From positions 1-52,231 of the forward strand of contig JBBTYP010000011.1 of the NCBI GenBank assembly GCA_038061715.1: a stretch of 52,231 bases of DNA, read 5' to 3'. The translations under genes were made by a program, and so were the position numbers. Each line of letters opens with the position of its first letter. Positions within the stretch are counted from its first letter, which is position 1. The notes beneath the pieces were generated by a model that saw only the letters and a program-made list of their open reading frames with translations, made no database searches and was not told the origin of the DNA. Origin of the DNA: Patescibacteria group bacterium (GTDB lineage: Bacteria; Patescibacteriota; Minisyncoccia; Phycocordibacterales; UBA918). This document shows positions 27,411 to 37,224 of the stretch, one piece after another.

Positions 27411-28756
27411 TACACCTTTATTTTATCACAAGCAATTTTAATGCGAAGTAGAGTTTCCTCTGAGCCGAGGATAAAAGCTAAGGTGAAGGGATCAGGCGAA
27501 CGTTCTTGACCCGAAAGAGCAACTCGTAGGGGCCACAATAACTCCCCTTTCCCTAGTTCTTCAGCCAAAGGCCAAAGTAGTGATTTAAGACCCTCCTTAG
27601 CCGTAAAATCGGCAGTTTTAAGCATTTCTAGGGCTTTTTCCAGTCTAGGTAGCACGGCAGTCAAAGAGTCATCGTTTTTCCACTTTAAAATAGGCGTTTC
27701 GTAAGTTGGGTTAGAAAAAAAGTAGTCGTACTCCCCTGCTACGGCTAATTCGTGAAATTCTTGACGGGTGCTTATTCTCTCGCGAATAGTTGGGATAGCT
27801 CGCGTCAGACGATCTTCATTGTATTGTGGTAATGCTGACAGTTGAGGAGGAAAATTTTCTGAAATGTAGGCGGTAAAATCTTTCAACGAAAGTCGGTCCA
27901 GATATTCTTTATTGAACCAACTGAATTTTTTGATGTCAAAAACGGCACCCGCTTTGTGTATATGTCGCTCATCAAAAGCTTCAACCAGTTCGTTTAAAGT
28001 AAATAACTCTTGGTCAGTGCCCGGGTTCCAGCCTAGTAACGCTAGGTAATTAATAATTGCCTCTTTGGTATAACCCGCTTCGCGGTATTCATTTAATGAG
28101 ACGGCACCGTGCCGTTTAGACATCTTAGAACGATCGGTGGCGAGAATAAGTGGCAGGTGCGCATAAATGGGCCGAGGGACACCAATCGCTTCTTGAATTA
28201 AGATTTGTCTTGGTGTGTTTGAAATGTGGTCATCACCACGTAAGACGTGGGTAACCCCCATTTCGAAGTCGTCTACGACAACCGTAAGGTGATAGAGTGC
28301 GTCATCAATACTACGAGCAATTACAACATCGCCGAGTTCAGTGGTGTCAAAAGTAATGTCACCACGAATAAGGTCACTGAAAGTTATAACTTTATTAGGA
28401 TTTTTCAGTCGAACTATGGTCACAGTTTCTCCTGGATTATTTTTACTTTCTTCCTCACTAAGGTAAGCTGTCCCGTCCGCAATCATTTTTTCTAAATAAG
28501 TACGGTAAAGTGGAGCTCGCTCCGACTGTCGGATTATAGTGTCGTTGTCCCAACTTAGGCCAAGCCAGTTTAAGCCTTCGATAATTTCAGCCTCAAACTT
28601 CTTAGTGCTTCTAGTTTTGTCGGTGTCCTCACTGCGAAAAACTAATTTGCCGCCATAGCGTTTGGCAAATAAATAATTAAAAAGAGCTGTCCTGGCTGTG
28701 CCGATATGTAAGTGTCCGGTTGGGCTGGGTGGAATACGAGTGACGATATTAGGCAT
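27410..28756 (-). CDS. gltX: Glutamate--tRNA ligase
   Basis: RIPPSPTGHLHIG, THVLRGDDHISNT, KMSKR; start MPNIV at 28756. Confidence 0.95.
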   Translation of the reverse strand: MPNIVTRIPPSPTGHLHIGTARTALFNYLFAKRYGGKLVFRSEDTDKTRSTKKFEAEIIEGLNWLGLSWDNDTIIRQSERAPLYRTYLEKMIADGTAYLSEEESKNNPGETVTIVRLKNPNKVITFSDLIRGDITFDTTELGDVVIARSIDDALYHLTVVVDDFEMGVTHVLRGDDHISNTPRQILIQEAIGVPRPIYAHLPLILATDRSKMSKRHGAVSLNEYREAGYTKEAIINYLALLGWNPGTDQELFTLNELVEAFDERHIHKAGAVFDIKKFSWFNKEYLDRLSLKDFTAYISENFPPQLSALPQYNEDRLTRAIPTIRERISTRQEFHELAVAGEYDYFFSNPTYETPILKWKNDDSLTAVLPRLEKALEMLKTADFTAKEGLKSLLWPLAEELGKGELLWPLRVALSGQERSPDPFTLAFILGSEETLLRIKIACDKIKV

Positions 28757-29858
28757 GGTCTTTGGCAATAGTAAGCAGTAAGTTAGCGATTTTTTCGGCT
28801 GCCCCTGGGAGTGCGGCCGCTTTAGCGGCCGCACTCATAGTCGCGAAGCGGGCCGGGTCGCCTATAATAGTGTCAATCTCCTCTATGAGCAAGTTGGTGG
28901 TGAGGTTTTTTTCTTCGATAACAGAAGCTGCGCCATTTCGAGCGTAGGCGAAAGCGTTGGTGCGTTGGTCGTGACTGATTTCTTCTGGGATGGGAATAAT
29001 TATGGCTGGCTTGCCGTGGGCAGCGATTTCAAAAAGTGTGGTACTGCCCGCTCTGGTAATAACTACCGCTGCCGCATCAAGTAAAGCTGCTACCGTATGG
29101 CTCGGTACTGAACCAACAATATAGTAATTTGCTAAATACGGAGATTCTTGCAACAACGCTTTAGCGGCTAGGCTTAGATCTGTTACATTCGCATCCCCTA
29201 CCTGATGAAAAATTCGGTAACGGGTCAGAAGTTGTCCTAGTGACCGCAAAATAATATTGTTGATACGTTCTGCCCCTTGTGAACCACCAGTAACATAGAT
29301 GAATGGTTTATCGTTTGGAATACCAAGTTCACCAAACGGATCGCTGTGAGTAACGAGGATTTCTTTACGGAGCGGAATACCGATAAGCGCCGTTTTTTCC
29401 TTTGGGAAAAAGGGTGCGACATCATCGTAGGCAATTGCAATATACTTAGCAAAACCCTTCGTCAACTTGCTCGCTCGTCCGGGTCTTGAATCTGACTCGT
29501 GCATAACAACCGGTATTCGCAAAAAGCGGGCGGCGAATAAAATCGGCACGGCGGTGTAACTTCCCTTACTAAAAATCACGTCGGGGTAAATAACGTAAAG
29601 TTTCCAAATCGCTATAAAAACACCAAAGAAACTACGGAAGATATCAAATAAATTCTGTATAGAAAAATAGCGTCGTAATTTACCAGCTGGGCAGTAGATG
29701 TATTCAATGCCGTATTCTTCCAATAGTTGTCTCTGGTACGGTGAGGGTCCAAAATAGTAAAGCTTTGTCTCAGGAGACGAAGCATGCAACACTTCACCCA
29801 CTGCAATCAGTGGGTAGAAATGTCCGCCAGAAGCTCCTCCAACAAAGGCAATTCTCAT
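28749..29858 (-). CDS. murG: Lipid II N-acetylglucosamine transferase
   Basis: GGASGGHFYP, HESD, GGSQGA, RAGSTT, DQRTNA. Confidence 0.95.
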   Translation of the reverse strand: MRIAFVGGASGGHFYPLIAVGEVLHASSPETKLYYFGPSPYQRQLLEEYGIEYIYCPAGKLRRYFSIQNLFDIFRSFFGVFIAIWKLYVIYPDVIFSKGSYTAVPILFAARFLRIPVVMHESDSRPGRASKLTKGFAKYIAIAYDDVAPFFPKEKTALIGIPLRKEILVTHSDPFGELGIPNDKPFIYVTGGSQGAERINNIILRSLGQLLTRYRIFHQVGDANVTDLSLAAKALLQESPYLANYYIVGSVPSHTVAALLDAAAVVITRAGSTTLFEIAAHGKPAIIIPIPEEISHDQRTNAFAYARNGAASVIEEKNLTTNLLIEEIDTIIGDPARFATMSAAAKAAALPGAAEKIANLLLTIAKDHA

Positions 29859-29874
29859 ACGTAGTAATAGTGTA

Positions 29875-30993
29875 TCACGCGATTTTCTTAAAGGTTCGAT
29901 ACTTGGATACATTTAAGACAATCCCTAGCGCAGCTAAAGTCGACATCAGTGCCGTACCACCATGGCTGATAAATGGCAGCGGCAACCCTGAAAGAGGCGC
30001 CATGCCGGTCATGGCGGCAATATTAAGAAAAGCTTGGGAAATAATCACGGTAATGAAACCAGTAACCAGCAGTGTGCCAAAAATATCATCGGACTGAGCC
30101 GCTGTTTTGTAACCACGCAAGGCCAGAGACACCAAGGTAATAATCAAAATTGAGGTACCCAAGAAACCAAACTCTTCAGCGTAAACAGCAAAGATTGAGT
30201 CACCGATAGGCTCGGGCAAGTATTCAAACTTTTGGATACTCTGACCAAAACCACGCCCCACTGCCCCACCAGAACCAATCGCAATCAATGACTGTTGAAT
30301 CTGATAACCACTCCCCAGTGGATCCGCTTCAGGATCAAGAAAGGTAGTAAGACGATCCATTACATAGGGTCGAAACAGCGCGATAATAAGAATCATCAGT
30401 AGTCCGCTAACAATAATCCCGCAGATGTGTTGCCACTTAGCCCCAGCTGCAATAAACATTGCCATACCAGCGGCCGCCATAATGACAAAAGTATCGGTGT
30501 CTGGTTGGGCAAGCATGATGCTGCCCACCAAACCTAAACTACCCAAAAAAGGCAGGAGTCCATAACGCCAATCGTCTATTTTTCGATGTAAGCCAGAAAA
30601 CCAGGTGGCCAAGTAAATTACAAAACAAATTTTCAAAAACTCGGAAGGCTGGACAGAAGTAAAACCAAGATTAAGCCAACGAGTAGCGCCGCCGTGACTC
30701 ATACCAAGACCAGGAATAAAAACAGCCGCCGTAAGAAGCAATGATGCCGTAAAGATATAAAAAGCAAACCGACGCCAATGACGGTAGTAGATATTGCTAG
30801 TAACGAACAGAGCAATGGCTCCACCGATAATACCAAAAGCGAATTGACTGAAGGCCACCGAGCCGAAGCTGGCGCCATCGCGAGCCAAGAGTCCCAACGA
30901 GGCTGAAGAAAAAATTAGAAAACCAGCTGCCACTAAAATAACGACAATTGTAAGAAGAATTGCATCAACAGATTTTGGTTTGGCTGTCCTCAT
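29875..30993 (-). CDS. ftsW: SEDS peptidoglycan polymerase FtsW
   Basis: GATRW, QPSEFLK, GYQIQQS, LPFISHGGT; between mraY and murG. Confidence 0.9.
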   Translation of the reverse strand: MRTAKPKSVDAILLTIVVILVAAGFLIFSSASLGLLARDGASFGSVAFSQFAFGIIGGAIALFVTSNIYYRHWRRFAFYIFTASLLLTAAVFIPGLGMSHGGATRWLNLGFTSVQPSEFLKICFVIYLATWFSGLHRKIDDWRYGLLPFLGSLGLVGSIMLAQPDTDTFVIMAAAGMAMFIAAGAKWQHICGIIVSGLLMILIIALFRPYVMDRLTTFLDPEADPLGSGYQIQQSLIAIGSGGAVGRGFGQSIQKFEYLPEPIGDSIFAVYAEEFGFLGTSILIITLVSLALRGYKTAAQSDDIFGTLLVTGFITVIISQAFLNIAAMTGMAPLSGLPLPFISHGGTALMSTLAALGIVLNVSKYRTFKKIA

Positions 30994-32048
30994 GCAACAG
31001 TTGCTAGTGCGACACTAAGTAGTGCGCAGACAATACTTATAATCCAGTAACGCATTGTGACTTTGTATGACGGCCAGCCAATAGCTTCAAAGTGATGATG
31101 TAGCGGCGCAATCCTAAAAAATTTACGGCCAGCTATCTTCCGGTATGTCATTTGGATAATGTTTGAAAAAACTGTCATTACTAGTGGTAATCCAGCTACC
31201 AATAGCAGCGAAACACCATGGCCGTCGCCGAGCGAATCGGTCATGAAAGCAATCGTGGCTAGGGCTAGAGTGAGGGCCATTGAGCCGGTTTCTGTCATCC
31301 AGAAACGAGCTGGTGGAATGTTGTACCAAAGGAAAGCCAAAATTGCTCCCGCAATAGTGGCAGAAAAAGCGGCTAGGTGAAATTGTCCTTGTACAAAAGC
31401 AATGCCAACATAAGCAGTGAAAACTGAAGCAAATACTCCACCTGAGAGACCGTCAATGCCGTCTATTACCCCACTGGCGTAGAGTGACCAAGTAAGTAGT
31501 ACAAAGAAAGGAATAATTAAGACACCGAGGTAAAAAGATCCATCGAATGGAATATTGATACTAACGACATCCAGCTTGTCATAAAACCACCAACCAGCGA
31601 CTACAGAAAGAGCAGTAATAAGCAATAGTCGTACCCGAAGATTAAGCCCCCCGCCTTCGTGGGTCACGTCGTAGAAATCGTTTAGAAAACCAATAACAGC
31701 ACCAACCAGTAAAGCTGTAAACGGAATAAGTGTTTGTGACCGACTTAGAAAATCAAATTGAACAAAGAACGACTTCGGATAGACGTTGGCTAGGACATAC
31801 ATAAGAAGTACAGTAAGAAGAACGCTTCCCCAAATCACAATCCCTCCCATACGTGGAGTCTTGGTCTCATCATTTCCTTTTAGCTGGTTAAAAACTTCGG
31901 CGGTCTGACCATTAAGAGCGGTTTTGCCGCCCTGCTTCTTCCAGACTTTATGTTTGTATAAAAAATGAGTAACGATGGGTGTGAGGAGAACACCGATAAC
32001 GAAAGCCGTAAGGGCAGGAGCAAAAATTGTGAGAAGATTTGGGTGCAT
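30990..32048 (-). CDS. mraY: Phospho-MurNAc-pentapeptide transferase
   Basis: KTPRMGG, DGIDGL, APLHHHFEAIGW. Confidence 0.92.
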   Translation of the reverse strand: MHPNLLTIFAPALTAFVIGVLLTPIVTHFLYKHKVWKKQGGKTALNGQTAEVFNQLKGNDETKTPRMGGIVIWGSVLLTVLLMYVLANVYPKSFFVQFDFLSRSQTLIPFTALLVGAVIGFLNDFYDVTHEGGGLNLRVRLLLITALSVVAGWWFYDKLDVVSINIPFDGSFYLGVLIIPFFVLLTWSLYASGVIDGIDGLSGGVFASVFTAYVGIAFVQGQFHLAAFSATIAGAILAFLWYNIPPARFWMTETGSMALTLALATIAFMTDSLGDGHGVSLLLVAGLPLVMTVFSNIIQMTYRKIAGRKFFRIAPLHHHFEAIGWPSYKVTMRYWIISIVCALLSVALATVA

Positions 32049-32053
32049 GATAA

Positions 32054-33022
32054 TTATAGATCGCTGATATGACTTTGGGTGGCTCGGACCAGTCTAAGAA
32101 CATCGGAAAAGCGTTCCTCGCGTGTTGAACCAAGAACGGTGATGATGACTGTTCGATTCATTCCAGCGTCAAAAGCGATAGTGAGATTACCGCCAGCCAG
32201 GTCCGTGTAGCCAGTTTTAGAACCAATTAAATTGGGAACGGCATAAAGTATTTCGTTGGTGTTTTCAACATCGTGATATTCCCCCTGACTGTTATAGATG
32301 CGGGCTCCACCGCGGGTAGTGGCTTCTAAAAGTTCTGGATGCTCCTTTAGAATGTAATCCATCAAAAGCGATACGTCCTTAGCCGAACCAACTGCTCCTG
32401 GCTCCGTTGGTGAAATATCAAGACCAGTTGGATTTTTAAAAGCTAAGCTTTCAAGTTTTAACTCGGCAGCCTTAATGTTCATACCTTCAACAAATTGGGC
32501 GGTTGGATCTCGGTCGCCTAGCAAGCTGCCGACACTGGCGCTTAGTTCATAGGCGGCACTATTAGAAGATGAAACAAGGGCTAGACGGTTTAATTCATCT
32601 AGGGTAAATTTTTCACCCGCCACTAAATTACTCCCCTCTTGTCTGGCAGCACGACTCGATAGCTCAGTTGTAGTGTCAACCGCAGCCAGTTCATACGCAA
32701 GAAGTGAAGTCATAAGTTTCGTGATAGAAGCTAGCGGAAGCACCGACTCTTCATTTTTGGAATAAAGAGCCTCTTTACGGGTAACATCAAATACATAAGC
32801 GGCCTTGGCTCTGACTTCAACCTCACTTAATTCGGCCAGGGTCTCCTTGTTTAGTTCACTAAGAGGAGCTTCGTTTAATGGTACTGCCTCCGTAACATTG
32901 GCCGACTGCCTCTTATCAAGAAGAAAGGTGCCGAAAAGACCGCTCAAAATAACCAAAAGTAATAATAATTGAAAAACAATTACCACTCGCCGGTTGCCTA
33001 GGATGTGATTGTTGTCATTCAT
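32054..33022 (-). CDS. D-alanyl-D-alanine carboxypeptidase (peptidase S11)
   Basis: LASITKLMT (SxxK), SSN, KTGYT. Confidence 0.9.
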   Translation of the reverse strand: MNDNNHILGNRRVVIVFQLLLLLVILSGLFGTFLLDKRQSANVTEAVPLNEAPLSELNKETLAELSEVEVRAKAAYVFDVTRKEALYSKNEESVLPLASITKLMTSLLAYELAAVDTTTELSSRAARQEGSNLVAGEKFTLDELNRLALVSSSNSAAYELSASVGSLLGDRDPTAQFVEGMNIKAAELKLESLAFKNPTGLDISPTEPGAVGSAKDVSLLMDYILKEHPELLEATTRGGARIYNSQGEYHDVENTNEILYAVPNLIGSKTGYTDLAGGNLTIAFDAGMNRTVIITVLGSTREERFSDVLRLVRATQSHISDL

Positions 33023-33540
33023 GCTGTCTCTGGATTAAAAGAATCAACTGCCGTCATAAATTCAGAGAAACGCGGAAGTTCTTGCTTGGTCGTGACTCCT
33101 AGATGTCGCAATAACTCTGGAGTAATTCTAAACTGATAAGAATTTCCGACGGAATCGCGCTCTACCAAACCTTTGACCAGTAAGTTTCGAAGAATAAATG
33201 AAGAGTTAACACCGCGAATCCGGTCAATTTCTGCGCGCGAGATAGGCTCACGATAAAGAATAATTGCTAGTGTTTCGGCACCAGCCTTACCAATATCACC
33301 CTTAAGCTCAGCTTTGCGAAGTGATTCGATAAATTCTGAAAGTTCGGGTGCGGTGGTGAGACTGATTTCTAGGTCGGTTTCGACCACTCGAGTGGCACCA
33401 AACTCCAATCTTGAGCGAAGTTGCTCAATGGCGTGAGTAAAATCAGCTTCACTCACATCAAAAAGTTTCCGCAAAGAGGCTTTTTTAAGCGGAGTCGACT
33501 GATAGAACAGCATAGCTTCTATTAAGACATCAAGTGGCAT
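33019..33540 (-). CDS. scpB: SMC-Scp complex subunit ScpB
   Basis: ETLAIILYREPISRAEIDRIRGVNS; TACAAT 7 nt before ATG 33540. Confidence 0.93.
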   Translation of the reverse strand: MPLDVLIEAMLFYQSTPLKKASLRKLFDVSEADFTHAIEQLRSRLEFGATRVVETDLEISLTTAPELSEFIESLRKAELKGDIGKAGAETLAIILYREPISRAEIDRIRGVNSSFILRNLLVKGLVERDSVGNSYQFRITPELLRHLGVTTKQELPRFSEFMTAVDSFNPETA

Positions 33541-33614
33541 TCTTGAGATTGTAGCACGAAAAACCATAGGTTTTTCGTGCTTTTTACCCATTTTGACAAA
33601 TCCGTGGAAAAGTG

Positions 33615-33872
33615 TTGACAGGCGGAATTGGCTATGCTACCCTTTAGGTACCCAACTGAAAAGGAGAAACCTATGGGTAATCGGAAAACTGATCTTTATG
33701 TATTCGGCTCTTTGATCTCGACGACTGCTGCCGGCGCATCCGCGGCCGCGGCCGCCGGCTGACACGCCTACGGCCTGGATCCCCTCTAGCCCTGTGCCGC
33801 TCTGCTCTTTTGAGCTAGAGCGGCCAGACCCCTCCAAGTCCCCGACTACATATGTGAGTGGGGTCTTTTTTT
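33615..33872 (+). other. Small transcription unit 1: promoter, SD, 13-aa ORF (33673-33714), GC-rich hairpins, terminator
   Basis: TTGACA-17-TACCCT; AAGGAG-6-ATG MGNRKLIFMYSAL*; hairpin + T7 at 33840-33872. Confidence 0.5.
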
Positions 33873-33914
33873 ATCTAGGCTGCTTGACTTTCATCATAAT
33901 TCGTGCCAAGCTCA

Positions 33915-34128
33915 TAGCAGAGGAAGTTTCCTACGGTAAAAGTGGTGGCGGGCCACCGAGGCAGATACTAATTGCTTCCCGTAGTAGTCCCCTGAAACTA
34001 TTTCCTTCCGGAGGAAATGGTGTGTGTGGGCCGCGACGCCGCGCGCAAACTGGCAAAGGCCGGAACCAACGCTAGATATTGTCTCTTTACTCAAGAGTAC
34101 ATTTCAGCCGGTTCCGGCCTTTATTTTT
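33915..34128 (+). ncRNA. Candidate ~200-nt structured ncRNA (unit 2)
   Basis: TTGACT-17-CAAGCT promoter; nested stems AGTTTC/GAAACT, CTACGG/CCGTAG; 13-bp closing stem 34055-34067/34110-34122 plus U-tract; no credible ORF. Confidence 0.45.
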
Positions 34129-34204
34129 ACCCTAAAGTTGACATAATAAGAAAAATACTTTATAAAAATATTTTACTTGCTCTTTATCTTTTTTCTGGTA
34201 ATCT

Positions 34205-34311
34205 CGTCCAGCGACCCAAGTCAGCTGCTAGGTTCGCTTGGCAGCTGCCAAACTTTTAACCTGAAGGGAGTCCTGCTTTTAGCAGACGACGGCTCCCTTC
34301 AGGTTTTTTTT
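34205..34311 (+). ncRNA. Candidate ~100-nt ncRNA (unit 3)
   Basis: TTGCTC-16-TAATCT promoter; CAGCTGCTAGG-TTCG-CTTGGCAGCTG hairpin; 15-bp terminator plus T8. Confidence 0.45.
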
Positions 34312-34325
34312 ATACTCGAGTCCTC

Positions 34326-35063
34326 TTAGTAGTAACGAGGCGTGGCTGCCCGGTCAGCTTCGATTTGGATATCTTCAAAGCGAGTTATTTGAGTAATAAT
34401 TAGGTTACCTTGCTTAAAAAGTTCAAGTATGGCCAGAAAGCCGACTATGACATTTTTACGCTCTGGTTCTTCAGCTTTCATTTTGAAAAAACTAGTTTTG
34501 ATTTGCCGCTCAATCCGCTGCCGAAGAGAGTCCATCATTTCTTCGAGTGAGATGGCTTGCTTGACTGTCGCTACCTGTCTCACGTTTGGTTTTGGCAGAT
34601 TGGTGATAATGCGCTCCATACCCTCAACTAAAGTAGGTATAGTGCAAAGAGAATCCGGTAAAAAAAGCGGCTCGCGCGGTGGAGTGTAGACCGGTTCATA
34701 CATCATGCAGCTGCCGAACTCAGCTTGTAGTGACTGCGCAAAGTCGCGATAAATCTGATAAAGGCGTAACCGGTCTTCAAGATCATGAATCGTGGTTTCT
34801 TCTTCATCGGAAAGCTCGAGGACTGGCAACAGTGATTTTGACTTAATCAGAAGCAACGTCGCGGCCAGAGTAATGAATTGAGCGGTATTAGGGAGTGACT
34901 GTTCTTGCATCTCGCTCACTTTGGCAATGTATTCATCGGTCACTTCAGCCAAGCTGATGTTGTTGATGAGGAGCTTACGCTTCTCGACCAGTTCAATTAA
35001 AAGCTCCAAGGGTCCCTCGAAGTACTCAGTCTTTATTGAAAATGGCGATACAGTTGACGTCAC
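34326..35063 (-). CDS. scpA: Segregation/condensation protein A (kleisin)
   Basis: FEGPLELLIEL, LLLIKSKSLLP, FLAILEL. Confidence 0.93.
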   Translation of the reverse strand: MTSTVSPFSIKTEYFEGPLELLIELVEKRKLLINNISLAEVTDEYIAKVSEMQEQSLPNTAQFITLAATLLLIKSKSLLPVLELSDEEETTIHDLEDRLRLYQIYRDFAQSLQAEFGSCMMYEPVYTPPREPLFLPDSLCTIPTLVEGMERIITNLPKPNVRQVATVKQAISLEEMMDSLRQRIERQIKTSFFKMKAEEPERKNVIVGFLAILELFKQGNLIITQITRFEDIQIEADRAATPRYY

Positions 35064-35082
35064 AAACAAATTTTAGCACGCC

Positions 35083-35703
35083 CTACTCCCCCTCTTTCCA
35101 ATAATAGCCACCGTCAGTTAGTACTTGGTGAAGAGTGAGGGCAAATTTTTTAATGTATGGAAAGTGCTCAATGTACTTGGATTTAATTCTTAGGGAATCG
35201 TCAGCTGTGCATTTATTACGGTGACAGATAACCCGGCCTTTCTCATTGTAGACTTGTAGGAGTGGCTCAATCTTATCAATGGCTTTTACAAACCTGGCCT
35301 CAGGTGTTTCTTGAAGTTCGTATTCGTCTATTAATGAAGTCACAGTAGCTTTGATATGCTCTGGCAATTGCTCTAATACTTTCGGCAACGCCGCTTGAGA
35401 CTCCATTTTATGAGTTTCGTCCTTGATATAACTTAGATAATCACCTGTCTCAATCTCATCAAAATCATGAACTGTTATTATTTGGTATATCTTTGACTGA
35501 TTGAGTAAATTTTCAGGGTCTTCAAGAGGTAAGAAATACTGTGCCAACAATTGCATGCCATAAAGATGTTCTGCGACAGATTCTGTATCGTCCTCCATTT
35601 CCCGCGGCGTATTATAACGAGTAACGCTTTTCAGTTTGAAAAAGTACTGTAATTTTTTTACGTCTTCTAAAATATGTTTTTTTGTAAACTCCTCTAAACT
35701 CAT
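35083..35703 (-). CDS. HD-domain hydrolase (YfbR/HDDC2-like)
   Basis: ESVAEH, VHDFDEIETGD, AIDKIEP. Confidence 0.88.
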   Translation of the reverse strand: MSLEEFTKKHILEDVKKLQYFFKLKSVTRYNTPREMEDDTESVAEHLYGMQLLAQYFLPLEDPENLLNQSKIYQIITVHDFDEIETGDYLSYIKDETHKMESQAALPKVLEQLPEHIKATVTSLIDEYELQETPEARFVKAIDKIEPLLQVYNEKGRVICHRNKCTADDSLRIKSKYIEHFPYIKKFALTLHQVLTDGGYYWKEGE

Positions 35704-37130
35704 GATTGTTTAATCAGTTGCACTAAGAGGCGGACTGGTTCGCCGGTGGCGCCTTTAGCTAGTTTATCACTCGCGATACTATCCATGCGGGGAGCGATGT
35801 CGATGTGTACCCAGGGGATGTTTTTCTCAACAAAATGTGAGAGAAAGGCACCACCCTCAATACAGCCACCAAAGCGACTGAAGTTGGTCGCGATGTTGGA
35901 GATATCAGCCCGGTGACTCTTTAAACTGCTTTTGTATTCGTCCCAAAGCGGCAGCGGCCACACTAAATCTCCACTTTCTTCGCTAAGTTTCATCAATTTA
36001 GCTTGTAGAGACTCGTCTTTGGTCATGATGGCGCTGGCTTGTTGACCAAGCGCCACCAGAGCGGCGCCAGTGAGGGTGGCGATATCGACCATTAGCACTG
36101 GCTGATAGTGCTTTTGAGCGTAGGTGAGCGCATCGGCGAGCACCAGGCGACCTTCAGCATCAGTGTGAAGAATTTCCACTGTCTGGCCTGAAAGCGAGGT
36201 GGCAATATCTCCAGCGCGCATGCTGGTAGCAGAAACTGAGTTTTCGGCGGCCGGAATCAGACCAATCACATTTTTCTTTAGACCAAGTTCGGCGCTGGCA
36301 CTGATGGCACCAATCACAGAAGCTCCACCTGACATATCAAGGTGCATGTCGTGCATCGAGCCGCTCGGCTTTACATTGAGTCCGCCTGTATCATACGTGA
36401 TGCCTTTACCGACCAAAATAATTGGCTTGTTTTTCTTATCAGATTTACTCTTTGGCTTACCTGCTCCCCAATACTCAATCACGATAAAGCGCGGCGCATC
36501 GTCGGCCCCCTTTCCAACCGCGTGGAGCAGTCCCAGGCCTTGTTTTATTATTTCCTTTTCATTAAGTACCTTCACTAGCACTTTTGTACCCTTAAAAGCG
36601 ATTCTGGTTGCCTCGGCTAAGCCTTCGGGTGTCATGTCGTCGCCAGTGGCGTTGGCGATATCACGAGTGAGGTTGGCGCTTTCGGCGATTATAAGACCCT
36701 CGTTAAAAGCTTTCTTTTCCGATATTGAAAAGCTACCGCAAACTAAAATTTCCTTCAAAGTTTTTTCTTTCTTTTCTTTAGTTTTGTATTTTCGGTATTC
36801 GTAGCTGGCGAGGGAAAGGTTTTCGGCGATGGTTCGAACTACCCAGTCATCCCCAAATTCCCTAAGCTTCGGAAACGGTGAATTAGATAGTTGAAGAGCG
36901 ATATATTCAAGTTGATGTGACTTAGCCGCTTGAACTATTGATCGCACCAAAGTGCGAAAGCTGCGACGATTGACCTGGTTCCATTTACCTGCCCCCATAC
37001 GGTATTCCAGACCACCGTCAATAGTCTCGACTAGTCTATGCCAATTTGGGGCCTCTTCAGTTAGGACAATTCGACAGTATTTTTTAGGTGCTTCAGCCAA
37101 GTTTTTTGGCGAAGTGGTGATATTTGGCAT
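35700..37130 (-). CDS. pepA: Leucyl aminopeptidase (M17)
   Basis: VGKGITYDTGG, DMSGGA, HTDAEGRLVLAD, DIATLTGA. Confidence 0.93.
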   Translation of the reverse strand: MPNITTSPKNLAEAPKKYCRIVLTEEAPNWHRLVETIDGGLEYRMGAGKWNQVNRRSFRTLVRSIVQAAKSHQLEYIALQLSNSPFPKLREFGDDWVVRTIAENLSLASYEYRKYKTKEKKEKTLKEILVCGSFSISEKKAFNEGLIIAESANLTRDIANATGDDMTPEGLAEATRIAFKGTKVLVKVLNEKEIIKQGLGLLHAVGKGADDAPRFIVIEYWGAGKPKSKSDKKNKPIILVGKGITYDTGGLNVKPSGSMHDMHLDMSGGASVIGAISASAELGLKKNVIGLIPAAENSVSATSMRAGDIATSLSGQTVEILHTDAEGRLVLADALTYAQKHYQPVLMVDIATLTGAALVALGQQASAIMTKDESLQAKLMKLSEESGDLVWPLPLWDEYKSSLKSHRADISNIATNFSRFGGCIEGGAFLSHFVEKNIPWVHIDIAPRMDSIASDKLAKGATGEPVRLLVQLIKQS

Positions 37131-37224
37131 AGTAGAAATTATAGCAGATTATAAAATCAGCAGGTTTTGCCTAGGACAGGCATTCATCTCCCTAGGCAAG
37201 ACCTAGGGAAGTTATGGGTTGCTG

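Noticed and set aside
33650-33872. tmRNA (peptide ends in ...YSAL)
   Set aside because: No tRNA-like GGGG 5' end or T-arm/CCA end; the ORF has its own SD and ATG
33673-34075. UGA readthrough/code 25 giving a long ORF
   Set aside because: TGA terminates core genes (recR, cysS); the extended product is low-complexity and crosses a terminator and promoter
33915-34128. RNase P RNA (GAGGAAGTTTCC resembles GAGGAAAGUCC; CTAGATA near the 3' end)
   Set aside because: No room for P1-P3 after the predicted TSS and no complementary P4 3' strand
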